This document shows positions 28,566 through 39,700 of a stretch of 64,000 bases of DNA, piece by piece. The notes under the pieces are model-generated. The model made no database searches, was not told the DNA's origin, and saw only the letters and a list, made by a program, of their open reading frames with translations. This DNA is from an uncultured Lentisphaerota bacterium (lineage in GTDB: Bacteria; Verrucomicrobiota; Kiritimatiellia; CAIQIC01): positions 68,763 to 132,762 of the forward strand of contig CAISWQ010000038.1 of the NCBI GenBank assembly GCA_903889245.1, read 5' to 3'. How positions within the stretch are numbered: position 1 is the first letter of the stretch; each line of letters begins with the position of its first letter. Position numbers and translations under genes: made by a program.

Positions 28566-29929
28566 CATCCGACAACCAACATTTCTTGCTCACGCGGCCC
28601 CGTGCCGTCTTGTCACTGGTGGTAATGCTTGCATTCACTGGCAACATTGCCGGGAGAGCTGAACCCGCGCCGCCGTTCATCTCCGCGGTGCTCACCGACT
28701 ACGGCGCGGATGCGCGCGGCGAGCGCGATTCGTCCGAGGCCTTCGCCCGCGTGCTGACCGCCGCCGGGACCAACCGGCACATTCGCATCAGCATCCCTCC
28801 GGGCCGCTACCGCCTCGCCAGTCGCGTGCTGCTCACCGCCGCGGGCAACAGCAGCAATTACGGTCTGCACATCCAGGGCGCGGGCGAGAATGTCACCGAG
28901 CTGGTGGTGGATAACGCCGAGGGTGGCCTCGCGTTCGTCGGCAAGCATCTCACGCGCATGAGCGTGATCGTCTCCGATCTCTCGCTCGTCGCGGCGCGCA
29001 ACGGCGCGGGCACGGCGCTGGCGTTCGATACCGCCAACGCCGGCGTGCAGAACGACCGCCAGTTCACCGCACGCGACCTCACCATCCGCGGCGAGAAATT
29101 CGACCGCGGCCACTTCAACACCGCCGTCCATGTCCGCAACGCGTGGTTCACGCTGCTGCACAACATCAAGGTCACGCAACAATATCAGCCGGCGATCCGC
29201 GACCAGGCGTTCAACACCGAATACAATTTCCTGCTGGAGGATTGCTACAGCCCCAGCCTCACCGACTGCCGCGCGCTCGGCGGTCGTTACGGCCTCGTCC
29301 ATCGCGCCGTGAACATGAAACCGGATGCGCCCGAGGACGGCATCATCCGCGGCTGCTATTTCGTCGGGCAGGCCGAAGGCGTTGTCATCGACATGAAGAA
29401 GGGCGCGGGCGAATGGCCGGAGCCGGGGCTGCACATGGACAACTGCCACGTCGCCTATCGCGATCAAGGCCTCAACATCCGGGGGGTGCAGCAGGCGAAC
29501 ATCAGCCACTGCCTGTTCTATTGCCTCGACCGCACCGGTACGCCGTGGCATGTGCCCGATGTGATGCCCGTGCCGGGCGGCACGAAAGAGAAACGCCGCG
29601 ACTACGCGCCGTGCGACATCAACTTCGAGTTCGGCGCCAACATCGTCGTGGATGGCAACATCTTCACCGAGCCGGCGAATCCCAATCGTGTCGCCGTGCG
29701 CATTGGCCCGCGCTCCGGCCACATTTTGATTTCCGGCAATCAATTCAACGTGAGCGGCACCGCCATCAAAAACGAATCGCGCGAGCCGAGCTATGCCTCC
29801 GGCAACACCTTTGGCGGCAAACCCGACTGGTCCGCCGGCCTCACGCCCTATGCCGACGCGCCGCACACCTTGGCCACGCGCGATTTCCCGCCGCCGCCCC
29901 GCGCGCCATCAACCGGAGGCCGGCCGTGA
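28562..29929 (+). CDS. Pectate_lyase_3-like parallel beta-helix protein
   Basis: TDYGADARGERDSSEAF, IPPGRY, I.GAGENVT; repeated I.GN.F turns. Confidence 0.7.
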   Translation: MTSDNQHFLLTRPRAVLSLVVMLAFTGNIAGRAEPAPPFISAVLTDYGADARGERDSSEAFARVLTAAGTNRHIRISIPPGRYRLASRVLLTAAGNSSNYGLHIQGAGENVTELVVDNAEGGLAFVGKHLTRMSVIVSDLSLVAARNGAGTALAFDTANAGVQNDRQFTARDLTIRGEKFDRGHFNTAVHVRNAWFTLLHNIKVTQQYQPAIRDQAFNTEYNFLLEDCYSPSLTDCRALGGRYGLVHRAVNMKPDAPEDGIIRGCYFVGQAEGVVIDMKKGAGEWPEPGLHMDNCHVAYRDQGLNIRGVQQANISHCLFYCLDRTGTPWHVPDVMPVPGGTKEKRRDYAPCDINFEFGANIVVDGNIFTEPANPNRVAVRIGPRSGHILISGNQFNVSGTAIKNESREPSYASGNTFGGKPDWSAGLTPYADAPHTLATRDFPPPPRAPSTGGRP

Positions 29930-31443
29930 TTTACCACCTTGTACCGTTGCGCTGGGTCGGTGACCCGGCCCGCAGTAAGCGAAAGCAAATCTGTTGTAGG
30001 CCGCGTGACCTCACGCGGCGTCTGACGCGACTGGGGGTGGCGGCGTCAATGTTTGGCGCCCTAAACGCCGCGGATTTCCAAGCCTTGGAAAAATCCGCGG
30101 AAAAAGTTCCAAGCCTTGGAAAAAATGAGCCGGAAATTTCCAAGGCCTGGAAAAACGGCGGAAATAATTTCCAATCCTTGGAAAACGTCGCCGGTGTGCA
30201 GGCCGTGCTTGCGCACATCCAGCAGGGTTTTCCGCAATCCATCAAGGTGGACACGAAGGGCGACGCCGATGTCGTCGGCCTGCCGCAGCCCTATACGGCG
30301 CCGTGCATCAAGGAGGGTTTCCAGCAGCAGTTTTACTGGGATACCTATTTCATCAACCAAGGGCTGCTGCGCATCGGCATGGCGGAGCAGGCGCGGCACA
30401 ACGTCAACAATCTACTGCTGCTGACCGACCAGTTCGGCATCGTGCCCTCGGCCAACCGGCGCTCGATGGCGAACCGGTCGCAGACGCCGTTTCTCTCGCA
30501 GATGGTGCGCGACTCCTACGAGCACCAGCCCGACGCCGCATGGTTGAAGGGCGCCGTTGCGGTGCTGAAGAAGGATTACCAGTTCTGGATGACGAAACGG
30601 CTCGCGCCGTGCGGGCTGAACCGCAGCGGCAACGACGCGACGGAGCAGTACCTGATGGCCTTTTATTATTACCTCGCGAAGGAGCGCTTCAAGGGGCTCG
30701 CGCTGGCGACGAAGGCGGAGCAACTCGCGTTCAGCAGCCAGGCGTTGAGCGAGGCGGAGACGTGGGACTTCACGCCGCGCTACGACCGCCGCGCCGAGGA
30801 ATTCTGTCCGCTCGACCTCAACAGCAATCTCTATATCTACGAGATGAACTTCGCGTGGTTCAGCAAGATTCTCGGCGCTGGCGAGGAAACGGCGTGGCTG
30901 GCGAAAGCGGAACAGCGCAAGGCGTTGATGCAGGAGTTGCTCTGGAACGAGAAGCTCGGCTGCTATGGCGACTATGACTGGAAGAACAGGAAGCAGGGCG
31001 ACCTCGTCAGTTGCGCCACGCTCTATCCGCTGGTCGCCGGTTTCGCCACGCCGCAGCAGGCGGAGCGGGTCGTCGCGAAGATGCGCGCGGTGCTCGAATG
31101 CGAGCACGGACTCGCGACGTGCGAGCAGCGCAAACATCCGTTCTCCTATCAGTGGGACTTCCCCAACGCGTGGCCGCCGCTACAACTGCTCGCGATCCAG
31201 GGGCTGGACCGCTACGGCTTCAAGGCCGATGCCCAGCGCATCGCCCGCAAGTACGTGGACACCGTCGTGCGGAATTTTGTGAAGACCGGCGACTTGTGGG
31301 AGAAGTACAACGCGGTCACGGGAACGATTGAGGTGAAGGACGAATACCAGATGCCGCGCATGATGGGCTGGACCGCCGGCGTGTTTGTCTGCGCGGCCGA
31401 CTATCTGCACCTGCGAAACAAAACCGGAGAACACAAACCATGA
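29926..31443 (+). CDS. GH37 trehalase-like glycosidase with a repeat-derived N-terminal leader (start uncertain: GTG 29926 or ATG 30049)
   Basis: FYWDTYF, RSQTPFLS, PLDLNSNLY, QWDFPNAWPPLQ, WEKYN, GWTAGV; GTGA overlap with the upstream stop. Confidence 0.88.
   Translation: MIYHLVPLRWVGDPARSKRKQICCRPRDLTRRLTRLGVAASMFGALNAADFQALEKSAEKVPSLGKNEPEISKAWKNGGNNFQSLENVAGVQAVLAHIQQGFPQSIKVDTKGDADVVGLPQPYTAPCIKEGFQQQFYWDTYFINQGLLRIGMAEQARHNVNNLLLLTDQFGIVPSANRRSMANRSQTPFLSQMVRDSYEHQPDAAWLKGAVAVLKKDYQFWMTKRLAPCGLNRSGNDATEQYLMAFYYYLAKERFKGLALATKAEQLAFSSQALSEAETWDFTPRYDRRAEEFCPLDLNSNLYIYEMNFAWFSKILGAGEETAWLAKAEQRKALMQELLWNEKLGCYGDYDWKNRKQGDLVSCATLYPLVAGFATPQQAERVVAKMRAVLECEHGLATCEQRKHPFSYQWDFPNAWPPLQLLAIQGLDRYGFKADAQRIARKYVDTVVRNFVKTGDLWEKYNAVTGTIEVKDEYQMPRMMGWTAGVFVCAADYLHLRNKTGEHKP
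29950..30022. repeat. Pair of REP-like hairpins (inverted REP-A, GTAG-REP-B), copy 1
   Basis: CGCTGGGTCGGTGACCCGGCCCGCA and TGTAG-GCCGCGTGA-CC-TCACGCGGC-GTC; second copy at 43167-43248. Confidence 0.75.
30075..30185. repeat. Array of 4 TTCCAA-N3-TTGGAA palindromes inside the trehalase-like CDS
   Basis: Cores at 30076, 30107, 30138, 30169 (31, 31, 31); translates FQALEK..VPSLGK..SKAWK..FQSLEN. Confidence 0.93.
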
Positions 31444-32321
31444 ACAAGAAACTGCTGCTGGCCGCGATGCTCCTTGGCGCCGGCCTGTCTGCGCTCGCCA
31501 TCGGGCCGGCGACGGAACCGGGCAAGAAGTTCGTCTATAAGCAATCGGCTGGCGCGCCGCAGGACATGGAGGTCTATTTCCCGCCGGACTGGAAGGCAGG
31601 CGGGCCGAAGGTGCCGGGCGTGCTGCTGTTCCACGGCGGCAGTTGGGTCGGCGGAACGCTGGACCAGTTCCGCAACGCGGCGCACTACTTCGCCAGCCGC
31701 GGGCTCGTGGCGGCGACGGCCAACTACCGGATGCTCAAGAAGGGCGCAGGCAAAAATTCCCATGGCGTGATTGAGTCCAAGCGCGTCTGCCTCACCGATG
31801 CCAAGAGCGCCCTCCGCTGGTTCAAGCAGCACGCCGACGAACTCGGCCTTGATCCGCAGCGCGTCATCATCGGCGGCGGCTCGGCGGGCGGCCACCTCGC
31901 CGTGCTCGCGACGCTGAATCCGGGCCTGAACGATCCCAACGACCCAAAGGATTTCGATACCAGCGTCGCGGCCTACGTCCTCTTCAACCCCGCGTTCTCG
32001 CCGCAGGACAGCGCCGATGCCGAGGTGGATGTGCTCAAGCAACTCAAGGTTCCGTTCGCGCCGGCGATCATGTTCTTTGGCACGCAGGATACGTGGAAGC
32101 CCGGCGCCGACGCCGCGCTCAAACGTCTCAAGGAGCTCGGCAACACGACCACCGAGCTGTGGTTGGCGGAGGGCGAGAAGCACAGCTTTTTCAATAAGCA
32201 GCCGTGGCAGGACGTGACGCTCGCTGCCGCCGATAAATTTCTCGTCGAGCGCGGCCTTCTGAAAGGCCAGTGTACGCTCACGCCGCCGGCGGGCGGCGAG
32301 AAGCTCATCAAGGCGCCGTGA
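31440..32321 (+). CDS. Secreted alpha/beta-hydrolase (carbohydrate esterase-like, HSL/BD-FAE type)
   Basis: FHGGSW, ANYR, GGSAGGHLA, GTQD, EGEKHSFFN. Confidence 0.88.
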   Translation: MNKKLLLAAMLLGAGLSALAIGPATEPGKKFVYKQSAGAPQDMEVYFPPDWKAGGPKVPGVLLFHGGSWVGGTLDQFRNAAHYFASRGLVAATANYRMLKKGAGKNSHGVIESKRVCLTDAKSALRWFKQHADELGLDPQRVIIGGGSAGGHLAVLATLNPGLNDPNDPKDFDTSVAAYVLFNPAFSPQDSADAEVDVLKQLKVPFAPAIMFFGTQDTWKPGADAALKRLKELGNTTTELWLAEGEKHSFFNKQPWQDVTLAAADKFLVERGLLKGQCTLTPPAGGEKLIKAP

Positions 32322-32334
32322 TCTTGGAGGAACT

Positions 32335-33750
32335 ATGAAAACACGAAAGCTCTTGCAAGCCGCGCTGGGTGTTGTGGCGGCGCTCTCTCTGGCCGCACAG
32401 GCGCAGGCGCCGGTGAAGCTGCTCTTCTCCACGGCGCAGGACCTCACCAACACCTGGGGCCAGCTCCAGTTTGGCGTCACGCCGCTCCACCTCGTCACCA
32501 ACTGCGCGAACCCCGGGTTCGAGTTGAGTTGCTGCCTGCCGCGCGCCGACGGCGCGTGGGATGTCTACGGCCAGGTCTTCAAGCAGGTCTCGCCGCACAA
32601 CGACCAAGTCAGGGAGACGAGCGTCTGGTCGGTGGTGCATGCGACGACGCGCGACGGTGTGAAGTTCGAGAACATCGAGACGGTGTTCACCGCCGAGCCC
32701 GGCCCGTGGACGTTCAACCACGCGCTGGCCTACAACTCCGACAAAAAGGAATTCCTGCTCCTGAAGTTGAAGATGGATAACTACGGTTTCCGCTACACCG
32801 CGTTCTTCAGCCCCGATGGCCGCAACTGGCAGGAGCATCCGAAGAGTCCGCTGTTCTACGATGGCGACGCGATCAGCCTGTTCTGGAGCACCGCGCTGCA
32901 CCGCTTCGTCCTCGTCTCGAAAAGCCTGCAACCCTACGCCAAGCGTTTCCGCGATCACGGCGGCGCGACGCCGAGCCTGAAGAACGAGAACCTGCGCGAC
33001 CGTCGCGTCCTCGCGTTCCGCACGAGCGCCGACGGCCGCGCGTGGGAACCCTCCGACTCGATGGCGGATGTCTGGAACCGCGGCGGACAAAAGAAGCCGC
33101 GGCCCGATGGCGTGCTGACCATGCCCGACGCCAGTGATCCGCCGGACCTGGAGTTCTACAGCGGCAACGGCTTCTGGTATCACGACCGCTGCTATCTGAT
33201 GGTGCTCAACTACGCCGCCAGCCCGCTCGCCATCCGCAAACACGGGCCGCAACTGGATACCGAGTGGTGGGTGGGGCACGACGGTCTGCGCTGGGAGCGG
33301 CCCGGCCGCGGCGTCAACGCGACCGGCGCGGAGGTCACGCGCCTGACGCACAACCCGCTGCTCATCGGCGACCAGTTGCTGCTCCACTACGGCAACCGCC
33401 TGCTCGGCATGCCGCGCGACCGCGTCAGCTTCGTCAGCGCGCGGGCCAACGCGGAATTTTCCACGCGCGCCTTCACGATGCCGCAGGCCGACCTTGTGCT
33501 CAACGCCGCGATCCCCGCGCCGGAGCGCGCGTTCGTGGCCGCGAGCGCCTACGTGATGGCCGACGTGCTCGACGAGCACGGCCAGATCATCCCCGGCTTC
33601 GAGGCGGAGAAGTGCGTGCTGCAAAAAGCCGACGCGATTGACCTGCCACTGCGCTGGGCCGGCAAGTCGGCGCGCGAACTCGCCGGCCGCACCATCAGCC
33701 TGCGCTTCCACCTGCGCAGTGCCAACCTCTACGCCGTCACATCGAAATGA
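32335..33750 (+). CDS. Secreted hypothetical protein, probable five-bladed beta-propeller glycosidase-like
   Basis: RBS GGAGG; signal peptide; S.DG..W repeats (SPDGRNW, SADGRAW, HDGLRW); C-terminal LRFHLRSANLYA. Confidence 0.6.
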   Translation: MKTRKLLQAALGVVAALSLAAQAQAPVKLLFSTAQDLTNTWGQLQFGVTPLHLVTNCANPGFELSCCLPRADGAWDVYGQVFKQVSPHNDQVRETSVWSVVHATTRDGVKFENIETVFTAEPGPWTFNHALAYNSDKKEFLLLKLKMDNYGFRYTAFFSPDGRNWQEHPKSPLFYDGDAISLFWSTALHRFVLVSKSLQPYAKRFRDHGGATPSLKNENLRDRRVLAFRTSADGRAWEPSDSMADVWNRGGQKKPRPDGVLTMPDASDPPDLEFYSGNGFWYHDRCYLMVLNYAASPLAIRKHGPQLDTEWWVGHDGLRWERPGRGVNATGAEVTRLTHNPLLIGDQLLLHYGNRLLGMPRDRVSFVSARANAEFSTRAFTMPQADLVLNAAIPAPERAFVAASAYVMADVLDEHGQIIPGFEAEKCVLQKADAIDLPLRWAGKSARELAGRTISLRFHLRSANLYAVTSK

Positions 33751-33888
33751 AAAGGCGAACAGGTGGACAGAAAAACAAGAGACAAAAAAACGCCGCTGTT
33801 GGTAGCCCCGCCGCGAGGCGGGCGCGGCCGGTTTTCCAAGACGGGATGGAGCAGTCGTGGTTGTGACCAAGCAGGCCTAAATAGCGCC

Positions 33889-33935
33889 TTGCTGGAGTAA
33901 GTTGGTTTTGTTAAAAAGCACGCAGTTTTAGGAGG
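33889..33935 (+). promoter_or_regulatory. Candidate sigma70-like promoter and RBS for the three-gene cassette
   Basis: TTGCTG-17 nt-TAAAAA with an upstream TG; AGGAGG 5 nt before ATG 33941. Confidence 0.35.
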
Positions 33936-33940
33936 CGGAT

Positions 33941-35515
33941 ATGCCAAGCAGTAGGCAGCGGCGGGCGGAGGTTTTGGTGGTAGTCGGTCTGGCGGCGACT
34001 GCGGTCCTTGCGCAAGCCCCTTCGTGGTGGACCAGCCGCGCCGTCCTGCTCACCGGTCCCGGCGTCGTGACCAATGACTTCTCGCTGGTCAATCAGGGGC
34101 AGGTGAAGTGGATGGCCACGCAGGCCAAGGCGGAGTTCGACGAGAAGCTGCAACTGATCGGCGGCGCGGGTAGCAACGTCAACGCGCTCGTCGGTTCGTT
34201 TGTCAATGCCAACAATTACCGCCCGGTCAACGCCGGCATGCTCAAGAACACCGTCGCTCCCTTCTATGAACGGCTGCTGGCGCTGGGCCTGACCAACTGC
34301 TATCCGGCAGGCGCGGGTCGGCCCTATCCATGGAGCAATTCAACCAATCCACCGCGCGATTTCTCGATTGTCAATATTGGTCAGACGAAATACGTGTACA
34401 GCTTCAACACCGAGGTGGACAGCGACGGCGATGGCATTCCGGACATGTGGGAGCGCAGCCTTGGCTCCGATCCCTACCTGCACGACGCGCAGGCGGTGAA
34501 CACCAACGCATGGGCGCAGGGGCTGACGAACCTGGAGCTTTATCAGGGGATGAGCAGCCTCACGATCCCCAACGCCTGGGCCGTCTATACCAACACCAGC
34601 CAAGTCGCGGTGGTCGCGGACATCCGCTCGCGCAACCGCTACCTCACGGTGAAGGCGGCGGAATTCTTCCTCGACACCACCAACGGCGTCACCTTTGGCA
34701 CTGGTACGGCGATGAGCGCGATGGATGGCGCCTTCAACTCGACCAACGAAATGGCGCAGGCGATTTTCACGCCCACCTTCCCCGCCGGCGAGCGCCACGA
34801 AATTTTCATCCACGCCCAAGACAACGCCAACCACTGGTGTCCCTTCGTCAAAGTCATCGTCAACCCCAACATCAACGACATCCTCGACCGGATTCAGGCG
34901 AACTATTCAGCCATCCACGATTTGCAATTCAAGGTGGTGTTCACCGAGACCAAGGATGGCGTTATGACCCGCAGCGATATTGTCGCCGTCAAGATGAAAG
35001 GGCCATATAAGACTCGCAGTGAATATTCAACCGGGCTTTGCGTCATTCAAAATGAGAACACAGAATGGTGGTTTAAGCCATCGCTCGGTGGCCACGCCAT
35101 GCAGACGGCCTTGAACGATGACTTCGATCCCAACGCCAATCGCAATGCCGACATTTTTTGGGACATACCTCTTTGGCGGAGTCGGATGACCAGCAGTATC
35201 GCGGGTGCCCCCACGCCAGGGATATTTGACGTGGCCATGTCGCCGACAGGGGGATCCATTTGGCAACCACAAACCATGCGCGTGGATTTCTCGCGTGGAT
35301 TCGTCACGCAGTTGAACATAAATGACACAGATATTTCTGCCTCGATAAACTACTCGAACCCTCTGGAAGTTGCGCCTGGTGTCTGGTTGTTCACCAGCCA
35401 CCATCATGTCCTCCAGTTTAGCGGTGGTTTCCAGATGATTACCGATTTTATCCTGACCGATATCAAGGTGAATCAAGGTTTGAATGACTCGCTGTTCACC
35501 ATCCCGACGGAGTGA
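33941..35515 (+). CDS. Secreted multidomain protein: PVC-type N-terminal domain, TSP3-like Ca-binding repeat, Ig-like domain, C-terminal LolA-like domain
   Basis: Signal peptide; three VNxG(Q/M)xK repeats; DSDGDGIPDMWE; C-terminus TDIKVNQGLNDSLFTIP, typical of LolA-fold proteins. Confidence 0.65.
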   Translation: MPSSRQRRAEVLVVVGLAATAVLAQAPSWWTSRAVLLTGPGVVTNDFSLVNQGQVKWMATQAKAEFDEKLQLIGGAGSNVNALVGSFVNANNYRPVNAGMLKNTVAPFYERLLALGLTNCYPAGAGRPYPWSNSTNPPRDFSIVNIGQTKYVYSFNTEVDSDGDGIPDMWERSLGSDPYLHDAQAVNTNAWAQGLTNLELYQGMSSLTIPNAWAVYTNTSQVAVVADIRSRNRYLTVKAAEFFLDTTNGVTFGTGTAMSAMDGAFNSTNEMAQAIFTPTFPAGERHEIFIHAQDNANHWCPFVKVIVNPNINDILDRIQANYSAIHDLQFKVVFTETKDGVMTRSDIVAVKMKGPYKTRSEYSTGLCVIQNENTEWWFKPSLGGHAMQTALNDDFDPNANRNADIFWDIPLWRSRMTSSIAGAPTPGIFDVAMSPTGGSIWQPQTMRVDFSRGFVTQLNINDTDISASINYSNPLEVAPGVWLFTSHHHVLQFSGGFQMITDFILTDIKVNQGLNDSLFTIPTE

Positions 35516-36738
35516 GAATGAAAAACAACGCAAAACAGATTCTTCCTTCGGTGAACCACGCAAAGGCATCTTTGATCTTTTCCAAGCCCTGGGAAAGGCG
35601 GCCTTGTCTTTTTCCAAGGTTTGGAAGCTTGGTGGCTGCGCTATGCTCGCGGCACATGGCTGTGGCATTCCTTCTGATAGCCGTGCAGTCCTTCTGCGGG
35701 AACGTATCGGCGCAGGACTTCAACAACCTCGAATACCTCTGCTGCGATTGGGGGCCAGCAATGACACTGCCGACCAAACCCAACGAGGCGGCGCAATTCA
35801 ACGATACCGAGGATGAAGTCTATTTTCTCAAGCAGGCGACTTCCTTCACCCGCAGGAAACGCTTGGGCAAGGATTTGTTCAGCGGGCGGGATTATGAGGA
35901 CATCGGCAAGGGTTTGAGCATTTACCTCTGCAAGATGAGGGCCGATGGTAGTGCCAAGACGGAGATCAAGGAACTCTGGAAGAATCCCGCGTACCCGATT
36001 GACACACAGGGACAATCCACCTGGATGGATGTGAACCGGAAGACGCACAAAATAGTATTTTCCATCACCTTCGCAGGTAGTGACATTACCGGACTTTGGA
36101 CCGTGGATTTGGATGGGCGTGGGTTGAAAAGGGTCATTACCCCAGACCGTAATGCTAAGTATCTCCAAGCCATCAACCATCCGAGTTGGACGCCCGATGG
36201 CGAGTGGATCTTTTATGAAGAGGAACTGCGCGGGATGAATCCCAACCGATTCAATATCGGGAAATGCGATGTAAGGGGATCAGGCTGTTCAAGAATATTT
36301 GAGGCGACAGAAAAGATTCAATACCAACATCCCTGTGTCTCACCTGATGGCAAGAAACTTGCCTTCCTACGGTTGCCTTATGGCTATCCGGGAGCTCCGT
36401 TTGTGTGGATTGCAAATTTAGGTGGAACTACCGCAGCACCAGTTGGTGGTAAAGAGACAATCCAGAATTGCGGTTCCGCCCCAGCTTGGAGTCCGGATGG
36501 GAAGCAGATTTTTTTGAGAGGGAGGGTGCTCGACGCACAGTGTGGGGATATACTACGTTCTGGGACTCCACTGCGTGATGGGAAGGCTCATTCAGAAGGG
36601 TGGGTTCATTGGGGTCGCTTTGGGTTTATTGGATTCAATCTCTCCGGCATTCTATTTACGGACAAGGAACTTAAGAATTCAAAATTGATTGGCGTCCCTC
36701 GTTTGGTTGAAAAAGGGGGCACCACATGCGCCTGGTGA
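35512..36738 (+). CDS. TolB-like (PD40/WD40-like) beta-propeller protein
   Basis: HPSWTPDGEWIFY, HPCVSPDGKKLAF, PAWSPDGKQIF; GTGA overlap with the upstream stop, alternative ATG at 35518. Confidence 0.75.
   Translation: MRMKNNAKQILPSVNHAKASLIFSKPWERRPCLFPRFGSLVAALCSRHMAVAFLLIAVQSFCGNVSAQDFNNLEYLCCDWGPAMTLPTKPNEAAQFNDTEDEVYFLKQATSFTRRKRLGKDLFSGRDYEDIGKGLSIYLCKMRADGSAKTEIKELWKNPAYPIDTQGQSTWMDVNRKTHKIVFSITFAGSDITGLWTVDLDGRGLKRVITPDRNAKYLQAINHPSWTPDGEWIFYEEELRGMNPNRFNIGKCDVRGSGCSRIFEATEKIQYQHPCVSPDGKKLAFLRLPYGYPGAPFVWIANLGGTTAAPVGGKETIQNCGSAPAWSPDGKQIFLRGRVLDAQCGDILRSGTPLRDGKAHSEGWVHWGRFGFIGFNLSGILFTDKELKNSKLIGVPRLVEKGGTTCAW
35578..35626. repeat. TTCCAA-N3-TTGGAA doublet in the 5' end of the TolB-like gene
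   Basis: Cores at 35580 and 35612 (32 bp apart); translates FSKPWE..FPRFGS. Confidence 0.85.
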
Positions 36739-39700
36739 TTCATCAAGTACTGCGTTTATTCGTAGTTGCTATCCTGCCTGGGTTAGGGTTTGCGCAACAA
36801 TCCAGAGTGTTGGCATGGAAACCAACGATAGATGATCCCAGCGAGACAATGCTGTATCGCCCAGAGCCAATTCTTTTCGTTCATGGAATAAATGACAATG
36901 ACTCCGGATGGGCTGCTGCCATTGAAGCACTTCAACCTTCGTTTTCCGGCTACTACATATCGCGTGATATTGACGACTTTTCGCGTGAACAGACGAATGG
37001 ACTCAATGCTGTGCAGCAACCTTATCTCCACACCTTTAACTATGGCAACTACGTGAGGGCAAATCTGCCGGACAACGCGCAGTCCTTTGACCACATCGAA
37101 TGGAACGCGTGGGAAGCAGACATGAAAAGCCGTGCGTTCACCAATGCCTTTCTGCGATCGGTCTCCACCAACATCACTGTTCGCAAGTGGCAATGGAATA
37201 ACGATGAAAATAAATGGGACTGGGTGTCTGAAACTGTAACGCTTCCGCCAGATCCAGAACATCTTCATCCGCCGATTAACGACAATCGCAAAACGCTACA
37301 GCAGAGAATCGATGACCTGCGTCAGGCATATCGCATCTTCACAAACGTCCCGAACAATGTCCTCGTCGCCCACTCGATGGGCGGCTTGCTCTCGCACTAT
37401 TATCTCTGCAAAAAGGAAGAAGCCGCCCAAGACTCCGGCGTGCGGCGGCTGGTGACGTTGGCGACCCCGCATTGCGGATCGCCGGTGGCCAATGACCAGT
37501 TTAAGAGCTTGGTCATAAATCCAGTGGATCGCATTGCCCACGGCGCAAACATGACGATTTGGTACAAATTTGCCCGGACGATCACGTTTGGCAGGAAGGA
37601 TCCCGTGGGTTACACACGCTATTCGGCAGGCGGCGCCTTGGAGGACTTGACGGTTTCGATTTCCGGTGGCGGATATCTCGCCTATGCCAACGATCTGCAA
37701 ACCTTTTTTGAGACTCACAGCGTGCCGACCCTTGAATATGTCTTCAATGGTTACACGATGCCGACCTTCACGCTGTACAAGACCTACAGATTATTTGGTG
37801 GAAATGCGGCGGCGTGGAGCGATGTAAAGATTGGTGATGGCGTCGTCTCCTTGAAAAGCGCCGCGGGCAAAAGCTCTAATGACGCTTCTTCCATCTGGAC
37901 AGGGCAAGATCCGGTTGTCTTTCAACCTTGGACTGGTCAGGACCACAGCGATGCTAACAAACACATCCCGTCACTTTTCGCCTCCCTCTTCGGCGTTCCC
38001 AATCAATGGCCTGGCCCGCCGGCACGACCGCCGGTATACGAGAATGTGATCCCGTCCTATGCGAGAACCTATGGCGAGAACCAAAGCTTTGGCAAATATC
38101 TCCCATGGTGGTGGGGATGGTGGAATGAGAACGAAGCTTACTGGGCCTCTGATGAACCGGGAATTGGCGATGTGACGCTGTTGTGCGAGCGGCCACAAGG
38201 CAACGCCCTTGTTATCTCGGCGCTTAATACATGGGGCCTGACGAACGACAATGTCACCGGCTTTAATTTGCCGAAAAAGCTGCACACGGCTCATTCAAAT
38301 CTCGTCGCTCATCAAATCCTCGGCGACCCACAGGCGCAACTCCGTGTGCTGGCGCTGGCAGGAGCGAAGAATCACGCACGCATCCCTTTTGGCATGGACG
38401 GAACCAATTTCTGGGCAGTAGATGGCAATGAGTATCTGCCCGCCAGTTTGCAAGTGAGGTATGCCGCCAGTACCGCCCCGATAGACACAATCACCAATCC
38501 CTTTCAGTCCGGTTGCATTGCATCAACTGTGACGTTGCTCGACACCAACGATGCGCCACAATTTCAGTATGGCTTGTTTGATCGCGCCTTCAATTCCACC
38601 GCCTATCGCCCGCAAGCGCCCAACACCGTTTACTTCGCTATGGAAGCCACCAATCTGGCCGGTTTCTTCACACCCCAGGCCGAGCGCGGGTTCGATGTAC
38701 CGGTGAATTCGGCGACGGTGGTGAATCTGCTCTGCGGCATCAACGAGCGCGAGGCGGCGGCGGGTGTCGGCCAAACGCACTGGATGACCTGGGTTACTGA
38801 ATGGATTGATTTATCCCCCACGAATACTACGATCACGCTGAATTTCTTCCCCAAAGATGACCCGAATACCTGGGGCTTTTGGTTGGAAGATGCATTCACC
38901 GACACACTTTACGAAGACTGGACCGCCTACGATAACGTCAGCAAAAAGTTCACCATTCCGCCACCGGATGCGCAGCGCTGCCTGAAGGTCACATATGAGG
39001 CCTATCTCGGCGGCCTGGCCAGTTTCACCAACCTCTACGAGGGCAGCACCAATTTTTGCGTCGTCCCGCCCCTGACCAACGCCTCCGCGCTGGCGGGTAT
39101 CCCGGCAACACCCGAATTCGTCCAGCAGATGAAAGACGCGTTGTATCGTCTGTTCCCGCGATATGTTGATCACACCTTGGCTGCGGAAGGTAATTTCAAC
39201 AATTGGCTGGCCACCCACCCAACAGCCGCGGACTTGCCCATGCTGGCGGCCACGAATCTTGCGGGTGTGACTCCCAACTACTGTTGGGACTGCACGACCA
39301 ACATGCTCTCCGGTCAAGACTTTGTTGAATTGCACACCGCGTCAACCAATTTGCAATGGATCCGCTTCAAGGGCGATTGGAACTCATTGGGGATGACCAA
39401 TACAGCGTTTGGGGTTGGATGGACGAATAGTTTCCAGGCGAATGCGTGGTGCGCTTCAAAAACGCTGGCGGAGTCAGATTTCCAAACCAATCGGTGGGAA
39501 GGTGGAGATCCCAACTGGATTGCCGCGCCACATGCGGGCAGCTATGGCGAGGTCGCTGATGGCGGCTGGGGTGGCCTCTGGAGTGTTTATTCTTCGCACC
39601 TCACGCGCTCCTATTGTTCCTTTGGCGGGAACAATCTCCCCTTGGCGACGAACGTTTCGGCGCAGTTGTATTTCCCGGTGTTTACGTATGCCTCGCCGTG

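Noticed and set aside
29143-29925. Long N-terminal extensions in the ORF track (29143, 40495, 42240, 23275, 47192, 57748, 6185)
   Set aside because: They overlap upstream genes in another frame; more plausible starts are the stop-overlapping or RBS-preceded codons listed in the features.
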